NCBI GenBank assembly: GCA_041660065.1 | Contig: JBAZXC010000002.1 | Coordinates: 170,620 to 234,619, forward strand | Reading direction: 5' to 3' | DNA length: 64,000 bases | Source: Parcubacteria group bacterium | GTDB lineage: Bacteria; Patescibacteriota; Minisyncoccia; Moranbacterales; GCA-2747515 | Shown: piece by piece, positions 38,359 through 47,713 of the stretch | Layout: the number at the start of each line of letters is the position of its first letter | Numbering within the stretch: position 1 is the first letter of the stretch | Made by a program: the position numbers and the translations under genes | The notes under the pieces: generated by a model | The model's input: only the letters and a program-made list of their open reading frames with translations | Databases searched by the model: none | What the model was told of the DNA's origin: nothing

Positions 38359-40779
38359 TTATATTTTTAATATTTTACTTGTGGCAATATCTTCCGCCAT
38401 TTCGATCAGTTCTTCCTCTTTAAATCGTTCTAACCATTCACCCGGTCTATACACGTTAAATGGTGGCTCTGATAAAAATGACACATTTCTCTCCTGTGCA
38501 GATCGCACCACTTTCTCACGCAATTCATCGTTGGTCGTCATCTTGGCAAAAATCAGTCGTGACATCAATGTGCGCTCTTGATCCGCACCTGGCTCTATAC
38601 CGTATTTTTGTACCATATCCTCCATCCATTGATCTCTCTGCGAATCACGCGTTGGAAGCTCTTCCTTGCCCAGTGCACTGAGTACAAAATTACGAATGGA
38701 TACAATTACACCAAAACCTTCTTGCAATTTATCTTCTGAAAAATATTCTTTTGGTTTGTTAAATACGTGTTCATCCAAAAATAGACTCAACTCTGCCTCA
38801 CGCTCTTCATCTTCTGCCATCTTGAGAACTTCCCCATTTTCTGCGACAATTTCTTGAATTGCTTTGGTCCATGCGGATTGATACATGTTTTTGTCCACTG
38901 CATCACCATCGGGACCAACCGTCATTTTATCCCTGGTAAGCACAGCATCATCATCGTTGCTCACAATTGGTGTAAATGGCGACGGCGTTTCAGTTCCACC
39001 ATCGCCAATAACTCCCTCACCTCTGCCACCTGTCACCGTAGCCCCCTTTAATATTAATGGGGTTTTGAGTGGCGCTTCCCAATCATATTTTTCTTCAAAG
39101 TATTCCACAACACCGCAAAAATCAAAAATCGTAAAAAACTCTTTTTTAAAATCTTTACCATCATGGTGAAACGTGTACAAACGTGTGCCGCGTCCCTTAA
39201 TTTGCTGATATGAGGTTGTTTCAAAAATCGGTCGTGCAAGTACGATATTGAGAACTTCCGGACAGTCAAAACCTGTGGTGAGCATATCTACTGATACCGC
39301 AACACGCATACGTTGATTTTCTGGATCCTTGAATTCTTTGGCGATTTGTTGTGCATTCATCACACTACTCGTAATTGTTTTGGCAAATTGTCCACCATAT
39401 GCCGGCATCATCTCATTGAGAATTTTTTCCAACTTCAGTGCATGCCGCTGTGATACCGCAAAAATAATCGACTTGCCAATTTCTCCATCAGGTGCTTTAT
39501 TGGCATTATCGAGAAATTCCTGCATCATCGTGCGGTTCGTTTTTTCCAAATAGACCTTCTTTTCCAAATCTCGAATTGTAAAGGATTCGCCCTTTGCCTC
39601 GGATACTTCCAAACCCTCTGGACTAAGTGCCTTTTGCGTAAGCACCGTGTTCATTTTGTGAAATCGTGGACCGACAAGAAATGGCCCCTGTGAATCGCCA
39701 ATGCCATCTTGAATAGTATAACGATATGTTGCCACACCATCCGCACATCCAAAAAACTTATATGTATCTCTCTGAAGACGTTTTTCAAATGCACGCGGAT
39801 CATCTATTTGTAATTGTGATTCATCAATATTTTTGAGAAAGTCTTTCGGTGTGGCAGTGAGACCAACTTTTGTCGCTCCGTAAAAACGATCTGTTGCAGC
39901 ACGTGCTTGTGCAGAATATATACTGCGGTGTGCCTCATCATGAATAATTAAATCAAAATACCCCGGTGAAAAATAATCTTCGCCATTCTTAATCATGCTT
40001 TGAATTGTTGCCACCACAACATTTGCGCCAACAATATTATTGCGTGCACTTCCCCAAAATGTGGCAATGGATGATAAATCACCTAAAATTGGTTCGAATG
40101 CCCCCTTGGTTTGTGTAGCAAGTGTAATACGGTCTACAAGAAAGAGAACATTTTGCGCCTGGTGTGTTTCTAAAAATTTGCGAATAAGCGCAGCCGCAAG
40201 TCCAGTCTTACCCGTCCCCGTTGCCATCTCCAAAAGAAATGCTCTTTTGCCGGCATCATATCCTTCGGCAATTGTATTGATTGCTTCTACTTGATAATGG
40301 CGCAATGAAAAATTACTCGGATCAACTCTTTGTAAATAGTCTGGTGTGATCGGATTGCGCGTAAGTGGCACTACATTACCCATCGTATCAGCATTTCTTT
40401 TGCGCTCAAGATCCCGTTGTGTATAAAATTCATTTACTTGAATCGCATCTCCTTTGGTAATATCCCAAAAATAAATAACGTGATCATTTGCCAAATAAAT
40501 ATATTGGATTTTTCCTTTATACTGAGCATCCACATAATTTAACGCCTGTTGTTTGGCGCTATACGGATCAATTTCTGGTGCCTTTGCTTCAATAAGCGCT
40601 AATGGTTGTCCAGATGAGTTTTTCAAAATATAATCCGATCGTCCTGCAACGCCATGATCTTCAAAAATAACTTGTTGAAAACTTTCAATATCCCATTTGG
40701 CATCCCGCAATTTTCTATCAATAACAACACGTGAAAAAGCTTCACTCATAGATATAACATCATAATATAACTCTTTCAT
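38359..40779 (-). CDS. hsdR: Type I restriction enzyme R subunit
   Basis: N-terminal PD-(D/E)XK (DYIL...EAK), helicase motif I ATGTGKT, motif II DEAH; start set at MKELYY. Confidence 0.85.
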   Translation of the reverse strand: MKELYYDVISMSEAFSRVVIDRKLRDAKWDIESFQQVIFEDHGVAGRSDYILKNSSGQPLALIEAKAPEIDPYSAKQQALNYVDAQYKGKIQYIYLANDHVIYFWDITKGDAIQVNEFYTQRDLERKRNADTMGNVVPLTRNPITPDYLQRVDPSNFSLRHYQVEAINTIAEGYDAGKRAFLLEMATGTGKTGLAAALIRKFLETHQAQNVLFLVDRITLATQTKGAFEPILGDLSSIATFWGSARNNIVGANVVVATIQSMIKNGEDYFSPGYFDLIIHDEAHRSIYSAQARAATDRFYGATKVGLTATPKDFLKNIDESQLQIDDPRAFEKRLQRDTYKFFGCADGVATYRYTIQDGIGDSQGPFLVGPRFHKMNTVLTQKALSPEGLEVSEAKGESFTIRDLEKKVYLEKTNRTMMQEFLDNANKAPDGEIGKSIIFAVSQRHALKLEKILNEMMPAYGGQFAKTITSSVMNAQQIAKEFKDPENQRMRVAVSVDMLTTGFDCPEVLNIVLARPIFETTSYQQIKGRGTRLYTFHHDGKDFKKEFFTIFDFCGVVEYFEEKYDWEAPLKTPLILKGATVTGGRGEGVIGDGGTETPSPFTPIVSNDDDAVLTRDKMTVGPDGDAVDKNMYQSAWTKAIQEIVAENGEVLKMAEDEEREAELSLFLDEHVFNKPKEYFSEDKLQEGFGVIVSIRNFVLSALGKEELPTRDSQRDQWMEDMVQKYGIEPGADQERTLMSRLIFAKMTTNDELREKVVRSAQERNVSFLSEPPFNVYRPGEWLERFKEEELIEMAEDIATSKILKI

Positions 40780-40887
40780 TCTACCCCCTATCCCACCAAA
40801 AATCAAAAAAATGGCTTTTTTATGGTGTTTTTTTTGGTGTTGCTATTTATTTCATTTTATCATGATGCTCTTTTGATAACATATACC

Positions 40888-40985
40888 AGATTGCTACACC
40901 CAACTCAAAGAGGGCTCGCAATGACAATGGGAGATTGCTACACCCACTCAAGGAGAACTCGCGATTGGCGATGGGAGATCACTTA
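40888..40985. repeat. 44-bp tandem repeat, 2.2 copies (AGATTGCTACACCCAACTCAAAGAGGGCTCGCAATGACAATGGG)
   Basis: Read from sequence upstream of hsdR. Confidence 0.6.
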
Positions 40986-41128
40986 CTAAGAGATACGAGG
41001 AGTGGCTATGTGTGTATTGAAATACACTTTTTACATGGCACATTTCACACATATTGAGATTTTTGCTATGATATCTATAAATAATTGCACCATCACCATT
41101 AGATCATCATACTATTGAGGAGGATTTC

Positions 41129-41284
41129 ATGGCTGGACACGGAACCAACAAAACAGGCAACAAAAAAAGCAATGGACGGCGAGCCGGAATCAAGACAAAA
41201 GGTCGTGCCAAACAAATGCCACCCACAATCGCTGCCAAAAGAGAGCAGGAGAAGCGTGAAAGAAGCAGAAATAACCGCTATTAG
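41129..41284 (+). CDS. 51-aa lysine/arginine-rich small protein (module copy 1)
   Basis: MAGHGTNKTGNKKSNGRRAGIKTKGRAKQMPPTIAAKREQEKRERSRNNRY; SD GAGGAGG; paralog at 45332..45487 with >90% DNA identity over first 80 nt. Confidence 0.45.
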   Translation: MAGHGTNKTGNKKSNGRRAGIKTKGRAKQMPPTIAAKREQEKRERSRNNRY

Positions 41285-41311
41285 TCGTTAAAACGACCAA
41301 CAACTCCCCAT

Positions 41312-41348
41312 GGAGACAGTGTGCAACATCACCTGTCTCCCTTTTTTA
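41312..41348 (+). terminator. intrinsic terminator GGAGACAG..CTGTCTCC + T-run (conserved in module copy 2 at ~45515..45550)
   Basis: Read from sequence. Confidence 0.6.
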
Positions 41349-41441
41349 ATGTGTTGCATTTTTATCAATTTTGTGTTAGGATGGCACGTCGTGTACATTT
41401 AACAATTTCCTAAACAAACCCTACATCACGGAGGAATACCT

Positions 41442-41732
41442 ATGCAGAGCATCACATCACGTGACATTATCAGCACAAAGTACACCATCATAGATGGCAA
41501 ATCAGTCATCCTCATCTTGCTTGTGAAGTTGCCCCTGGTCAGACTACCTCTTGAACGAACTACATGGCTTGTTGACAAATCTGCACCGACCAATAGCGTT
41601 GAAATCTCAGAAGAGCCCAATCAAGGAACCGCAGAATGTGATTTTACCATTGTAGGTGACACGATGGAAACATTGCGCGCATTTGGACATCAGATTCTCA
41701 CCGACTCATTTAATGAAATATTGTGGAGATAA
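41442..41732 (+). CDS. 96-aa hypothetical protein (module copy 1)
   Basis: Paralog of 45647..45937 (~35% aa identity, shared C-terminal ..FARQILTD.F); own SD and terminator. Confidence 0.45.
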   Translation: MQSITSRDIISTKYTIIDGKSVILILLVKLPLVRLPLERTTWLVDKSAPTNSVEISEEPNQGTAECDFTIVGDTMETLRAFGHQILTDSFNEILWR

Positions 41733-41959
41733 CCTGGACTCTCCCCTATCGCCACAACCGACGACATGTCTATACATGTTGTCGGTTTTTATTTTTTATT
41801 AATTTATGTTAATTGTCTTTTTTTAATAATGTATCACTGTACGCCCCCCCTTGCATGCTCATGATAACAATTATTATTACTCCTTGACTAATTTTTGAAT
41901 ATAAAAAAGCGTGACCCTCATTAAGTCACGCCTACTTTGATATTTGCAGAGATTTCTGC

Positions 41960-42298
41960 TCAACTTTTTTTACTTGCCGCTTCCAATAATGCACCTACCA
42001 GGATCGCAGCACCGACACCAACTGCCACTTTTGCTACTTTACCCATAGGCTTTTTTGGAGCATCTTGCGGATAATCTTGCGGTTCCACATCATATGCTAG
42101 GCCAGCAGTAAAAAAACCTTCTTTTCTTTTTTTTGTTCGACCGCACCTAGGGCATTGATGATATGTGAACCCATCAGTATCGCCACATGTTCGCTCCATG
42201 TCAACAGGGATTCTTATAATCCGTGTTCTCCCATATCCAATCTCTTCCTCCGACTCATCAAAACAACTTTTACATTTCATAATATCACCCTCCTCCAA
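41960..42298 (-). CDS. zinc-ribbon protein with C-terminal TM helix
   Basis: CKSC...CPRC; C-terminal VAVGVGAAILVGALL. Confidence 0.4.
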   Translation of the reverse strand: MEEGDIMKCKSCFDESEEEIGYGRTRIIRIPVDMERTCGDTDGFTYHQCPRCGRTKKRKEGFFTAGLAYDVEPQDYPQDAPKKPMGKVAKVAVGVGAAILVGALLEAASKKS

Positions 42299-42401
42299 GT
42301 TTTGCGCTTACCTCCTAATTGCCTCTTCGACAAAGAACTTCTAATTTCATTATCAATACCATATTACAAATATGCTAATTTGTCAAGGTTCATCAATATT
42401 T

Positions 42402-43445
42402 TTATTCTTCTTTCACACGGTTTTGTTTCACTATAAAATGATCTTCGGGATATGTCATTTTTTGTTCCTCTGCAAGTTTTCGCAAATATCCCTTCCCCAT
42501 CGTTTTCTCAATCAGTCGTGCAAGTGGCAAAAGATGTCCTGTGAAATGTGCTTTTGCAAAAACAGCAAAGACATCTTCGCGCGATGCGAATTGTTCAGAA
42601 CTTTTTTCATAGATTTGGTCAATAAGCTTATTGAGAAATTGTCGCTCTTCGAGATATACATCAGCTGTCCCCCATTTGGACATTCCTTCATAGCCCCTCT
42701 TATGCAGTTCTCTCACAAATGTGCCTGAAATACGCTCCGTTTCATCAAATCCAGGATAAGTTTCATCACGAAAATTCATTCCGGCCTCAAGAGCAGGTAT
42801 GTCCGCAAAATTCTCCACTGCAAATCGTCTTGCCAATTCCTCTGTGACAGCCTCATTCAACATTTCAAAATACCCATAGCCACCTTCTTTATCTTGCATA
42901 CCAAAGATTCTCATGCCGTCTCTTCGTCTATGATAGTGCAATTTGCTCTTTTCATCATCTTGCCATTGTGCATGTACTGTTTGATATTCTTGCAAGTGAA
43001 TCAATTCATGTGAAAGGACTTTTGCAAATTTTACAAGATCATCATGACGAAATAGATTTATCAAGGCACCTTGAATCTCCATTATATAAAGTCCATCACA
43101 CATTGAGCCATCTTCATCGCGAAATCTTGACCAATTAGATTTTGATAACTTTTTTTGATCTATAATATGGATATGATCAGCGGTGATTTTAGTATATATT
43201 CCACCATAGCGTTCCACAAAGTCTTTCATTTTTTCATTGACAGCATCAATAATCTCAGATTCATCGTCTGTTTTCTCTCTTTCAAAGCCATAAAATTCTT
43301 GATTTTCAAATAGATCCGCAAAGAATTCCAATGCTTTTTCTTCATCTTCTTTATTTTTCATCAATGCGCGTGAAATAGTTGTTTTTCTTTCCGGCGTATT
43401 TTCCGCGGGAGCTTGTGCAACGGGTTGTTCAAATGGATTTTTCAT
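42402..43445 (-). CDS. hypothetical protein with HExxH metallopeptidase motif
   Basis: VLSHELIHLQEY. Confidence 0.45.
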   Translation of the reverse strand: MKNPFEQPVAQAPAENTPERKTTISRALMKNKEDEEKALEFFADLFENQEFYGFEREKTDDESEIIDAVNEKMKDFVERYGGIYTKITADHIHIIDQKKLSKSNWSRFRDEDGSMCDGLYIMEIQGALINLFRHDDLVKFAKVLSHELIHLQEYQTVHAQWQDDEKSKLHYHRRRDGMRIFGMQDKEGGYGYFEMLNEAVTEELARRFAVENFADIPALEAGMNFRDETYPGFDETERISGTFVRELHKRGYEGMSKWGTADVYLEERQFLNKLIDQIYEKSSEQFASREDVFAVFAKAHFTGHLLPLARLIEKTMGKGYLRKLAEEQKMTYPEDHFIVKQNRVKEE

Positions 43446-43558
43446 ATGTGGGCATTTTTTTATCTTTGAATCAGTATTCCGATACTATATCTTTCCCTGA
43501 TATTCTATTAATTATTTTTTTTATATCAATTTTTCCTTCTTCTTTTTCCTCTGTTATA

Positions 43559-44545
43559 TCATTTTCCATTCAATAATAACAATATCAGTCCGATCATGCG
43601 ATCTTTGTCGCGTGGTTTTGATTCTGCCACAAGCAGTGTGATCGTGGTAAGTGATTCCGGCGTGATCTTTTTTTGGAAATCAATACCCGTTTTGTGCAAA
43701 AACCACACAAATGCAAATGCGCCCGTACGCTTATTGCCATCGTTAAACGGGTGATTTTTCACGACAAAATATAGTAGATGTGCAGCTTTTTCTTCAATAC
43801 TCGGATACATATCAGCGCCAAACGCTGATTGCAAAACGTTACCCAATATACCTTCAAGATTTTTTTCTTGTTTTTCTTGTGCAAACAGATCCGATGCTTG
43901 TTTTTTGGCAATCAAATCTTTCTTTAAATCACCTACAGCACTGTACAAATCACTCGCACGCAGTGATACATCTTTTTTTGTTACACCCTTGTGTGGCAAC
44001 CGATCTTCATCATAGGCTTCCAATGAAAACCATGTACCGGCAAATGTTTTGATCAGTTCCAAAATATCATCTGTTTTGATCGTATGATCTTTTGGTAGCA
44101 GCTTTTGTACGTGTTCTACCGCTGTGAGAAAATTGTCATAATTTTTGCCAATCCGTTGCGGATTGATGAGATATCCTTTTGTGATATATTGTCCGAGAAT
44201 TTTATTAGCCCAACGTCTAAACTCAATTGCGCGAACAGAATTTGTTCTATATCCAACCGCTAAAATAATATCCAAGTTATAGAAATTCACTGTCCTAGTT
44301 TGCATTTTCCCCTCTATCGCTCCGTGTTTTGTGGTATGTGCAAAATTTGCACATACCACTTTCTGATCAAGTTCTTTATCAGAAAAGATGTTTTTAATAT
44401 GTTTGACAATCACAGTTCTATCAACATCAAAAATCTCGGCAATTTGTTTTTGTGTTGCCCAAATTGTTTCATTATCAAAATCCTCACGAAGTTCTATTGC
44501 TCCGTTTTTTGCTTGATAAATTGCCAATTGTTTCTTGTTTGCCAT
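43559..44545 (-). CDS. RhuM-family N-domain fused to Fic/Doc domain protein
   Basis: Fic motif HPFNDGNKRTG; N-terminal ~130 aa resemble virulence protein RhuM family. Confidence 0.75.
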   Translation of the reverse strand: MANKKQLAIYQAKNGAIELREDFDNETIWATQKQIAEIFDVDRTVIVKHIKNIFSDKELDQKVVCANFAHTTKHGAIEGKMQTRTVNFYNLDIILAVGYRTNSVRAIEFRRWANKILGQYITKGYLINPQRIGKNYDNFLTAVEHVQKLLPKDHTIKTDDILELIKTFAGTWFSLEAYDEDRLPHKGVTKKDVSLRASDLYSAVGDLKKDLIAKKQASDLFAQEKQEKNLEGILGNVLQSAFGADMYPSIEEKAAHLLYFVVKNHPFNDGNKRTGAFAFVWFLHKTGIDFQKKITPESLTTITLLVAESKPRDKDRMIGLILLLLNGK

Positions 44546-45331
44546 GGATATATTTTGTTTTAAATTAGCACATTCATTCTACCCTTTTTCCCTATTCCCT
44601 GCCAATGTGATGCAATTTTTAAACTCTTCAGAATTCCCGAATGGTTGGGGATGTTTAAAATCCCTCTTTAATTCCTACCTACCGGCAGGCAGGCCCCCTT
44701 TACAAAAAGGAGATATGCAAAATTTTTTTGTGTGATAACAAATTTACAGCCAAGCACAGGTAATAAAAATGGGCATCAGTGATTTACACCAATGCCCTTT
44801 GCAAATTTACCAAGGGTTCTTCCCTCTTTTTTACAGATTTAACGGATCAATTTCGTCATGATTATCCAAAACGATCATCCCCTCCACGGTAATGTATCGT
44901 ATGGGAATTTTGACTCCAGGTGGCAACACAAGTCCATTCGTCTTGCTAATATCTTTTTTTTACAATGATATCGAGTCGCTTGGCTCTCGTCTCTTTCCTT
45001 TGGCGATCCCTCCCCACTTCCACTACGCGATCATAGTGAATTTGTTGACGGTATTGAATCGCTTGTGATCTCATCTTATCCCTATTTTGGCACCCTCTTT
45101 TCATCTTGTCCCCCATATTTTTGTTGAATTTGATCAAACTGGAGACTCATCTTATCCGCTTGTGTATTTATCTAAAGAACTTCGTTTTGTAATCGACTAT
45201 AAAAAAGAGTACACGGCGAGCCGGCTCATGTCAATTTTTTTGCACATTTCACACGCATTGCGTTTTTTGCTATGATAGCAATAAATGGATTTTACCGAAC
45301 CATAAACCATCCCAATGACAAGGAGGATCTC

Positions 45332-45487
45332 ATGGCTGGACACGGAACTAACAAAACAGGCAACAAAAAAAGTAATGGACGGCGAGCCGGAATCAAAACA
45401 AAAGGTCGTACCAAACCAGTGCCCCCCAATATCGTTGCAAAAAGAGAACAAAAAAAGCGCGAAAAGGGTCGACCTACCCGCTATTAG
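45332..45487 (+). CDS. 51-aa basic small protein (module copy 2)
   Basis: MAGHGTNKTGNKKSNGRRAGIKTKGRTKPVPPNIVAKREQKKREKGRPTRY; conserved promoter (..CACATTTCACAC..TTTTTGCTATGATA) shared with copy 1. Confidence 0.45.
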   Translation: MAGHGTNKTGNKKSNGRRAGIKTKGRTKPVPPNIVAKREQKKREKGRPTRY

Positions 45488-45646
45488 TCGCTCAAACGAC
45501 CAATAGCTCTCTACGGAGACAGGATGCAACATCACCTGTCTCTATTTTTTTGGCGTTGTGTATTTTTCAATTGTGATATACAATGACTCATCGCGTTATT
45601 TAACAGTTTTTTTTGGAAAAACCCCTACATTTCGGAGGAGTATTTC

Positions 45647-45937
45647 ATGATAAAAATCACTACGGACGATATCATCAACACAAAGTGCATCATCACGGGT
45701 GACAAAGTAACCGTCCTCATCATCCACCTGAAAGGTAAGGTGCTAAAAATTCCCCTTGATAATACCATGTGGATCACTACAAATAAAATGCCGGAAAATA
45801 CAGTTTTGATCGCGTCAAAAGAACCCAACGATGAATCTGCTGAACGCACTTTCATCATTGCGAGCTCTTCGGTCGAATACTTGCACGAATTTGCACGTCA
45901 AATTCTTACTGACACATTTGATCCAAACGAATTCTAA
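45647..45937 (+). CDS. 96-aa hypothetical protein (module copy 2)
   Basis: Paralog of 41442..41732; followed by terminator CGACGACATGTGTAGACATGTGTCGG-like hairpin + T-run. Confidence 0.45.
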   Translation: MIKITTDDIINTKCIITGDKVTVLIIHLKGKVLKIPLDNTMWITTNKMPENTVLIASKEPNDESAERTFIIASSSVEYLHEFARQILTDTFDPNEF

Positions 45938-46129
45938 ATGCCCCGATACAACCGACACATGTCTACACATGTCGTCGGTTTTTTTATCTTTTTGATTCGC
46001 GTTGATTACCTTGGAATCACTTACGTTATCTACTCAAAGATCAATTCCGCGATCTTCCCTCTAATAAGTTCTTTGAAAAACTGTATTGTGCTCTGCCCCA
46101 TATTTTTATTTTTAAATTATTTACAACGT

Positions 46130-46163
46130 GTAACATAATTATACGGCCGTGGGATTATGTTAC
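46130..46163. repeat. 34-bp palindrome R6 with conserved left flank, 240 nt upstream of AAA-CYTH gene
   Basis: GTAACATAATTATACGGCCGTGGGATTATGTTAC. Confidence 0.85.
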
Positions 46164-46401
46164 GCGGTATTTTTAACGTTGCATTCATAATTATAATATT
46201 TTTTTCATTAAAATTTCATGTAAGTAATTGATTGCTTAATTAAAGGTACCTGACCCCATTTATCAAATGTGTTTAGACATTACCAAAAAATATTGACTTT
46301 TTACTGTATTTATATTATTATTTCCTGTCAGATCTTTGACAAGTAAATATCCATACATTTTTGATCACTATCGTTTCAACCCAAAAAATTGGAGGCTACA
46401 T

Positions 46402-47505
46402 ATGCTTACAGGAAAGATTTTATTGATCGTTTTGACAGGTGGTCCTTGTGCAGGAAAAACCAGCGCCCTCTGCCGACTCTTGGAGTGGCTGACGGGACTG
46501 GATTACCGTGTTGCCATCGTTCCGGAGGCAGCCACTGAGCTGATCACCTGCGGGATCCGACCACAAAATTTTGATGACAACGTGCTGTTTCAGCAGTTTG
46601 TAACCAAAAACATTTGTGCAAAGGAGGACTTGTTTGCGATGGCCGCTTTGCGGATGAAAACAAACGACCCTTCCAAGCCAACCATTCTCCTGTGCGACAG
46701 AGGCCTCATGGATTCACGTGCCTATGTCGGAGATGAAGCATTTACAAAGATCCTCGCCAAAGAAAATTTGGATCTTGCAGATGCATGTGACAGGCGCTAT
46801 GCCGGTGTGATCCATCTGCGCACAGCCGCTGATGGAGCAGAAGAATATTACACACTGAGCAATAATGCCGCACGATCAGAATCGCCCAAAAAAGCACGAG
46901 AATTGGACCAAGCCACTGAACAAGCGTGGCACGGTCATCATCGCTTGGTCGTTGTGGACAACAGCACGTCTTTTGCAGGAAAACTCATGCGCACACAACA
47001 GATCGTGTCCTCGATCCTGGGCATTCCCGGTCCGACAGAGTATGAACGGAAATTCCTCATTACCGAGGCTGACGAACCGCTCATCATCCCTATTCCCCAT
47101 GTAGATGTTGCCATAGAGCAATACTATCTCAACGGAGACAAGGAGCGCGTCAGGAAACGGACACGGCATGACGCCAGTACGTACTTCTACACGATCAAAA
47201 CAAATCGTCCGGGCATGGAGAGAGCCAAGGTCGATCGGATCATTAGCGAAGATGAATTCTTCGACTTCCTGCGCAGAAGGGATCTTTCGCGAGGCGTGGT
47301 ACGGAAGACCCGGACGCATTTCGTCTGGCAAAACCAGTATTTCGAGTTGGACCATTTCCATCACAACAACATGAAAATTCTCGAAGTGCGCCTTACCCAG
47401 GGGCAAACAGAGGTCATTCTCCCCCCGTTCATTCCCACGTCACTTGACGTAACGGATGATGAACGGTTTTACAACAACAGTATCGCCGCATCGATCAAAG
47501 ATTGA
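46402..47505 (+). CDS. P-loop NTPase (AAA_28/NadR-like) fused to C-terminal CYTH (triphosphate tunnel metalloenzyme) domain
   Basis: Walker A LTGGPCAGKTS; CYTH signature EYERKFLI; GC content visibly higher than surroundings; start set at MLTGK after SD GGAGG. Confidence 0.6.
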   Translation: MLTGKILLIVLTGGPCAGKTSALCRLLEWLTGLDYRVAIVPEAATELITCGIRPQNFDDNVLFQQFVTKNICAKEDLFAMAALRMKTNDPSKPTILLCDRGLMDSRAYVGDEAFTKILAKENLDLADACDRRYAGVIHLRTAADGAEEYYTLSNNAARSESPKKARELDQATEQAWHGHHRLVVVDNSTSFAGKLMRTQQIVSSILGIPGPTEYERKFLITEADEPLIIPIPHVDVAIEQYYLNGDKERVRKRTRHDASTYFYTIKTNRPGMERAKVDRIISEDEFFDFLRRRDLSRGVVRKTRTHFVWQNQYFELDHFHHNNMKILEVRLTQGQTEVILPPFIPTSLDVTDDERFYNNSIAASIKD

Positions 47506-47713
47506 TTGATATGAGGTGGCACAAGATCAAAAAGCAAGAGCATGAGGAAAACTCCCCATGCTCTTTATTTATTGTGTATAGGATTAAGTCTAGATTCCCG
47601 TTTTCACGGGAATGACAAGAGTTTTCAGACTCAAACATAGTTTCTCCTGACAATTTTTTCTTTGATTTCTTGCCCAAATGTAAAAGCCGGTGTTTCTTTT
47701 GAAACATCCGGCT

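Noticed and set aside
40888-40985. CRISPR array
   Set aside because: The only tandem repeat has 2.2 copies of 44 bp with no spacers. The 34-bp palindromes are dispersed singly rather than arrayed. No cas genes apart from a stand-alone Cas4-like nuclease.
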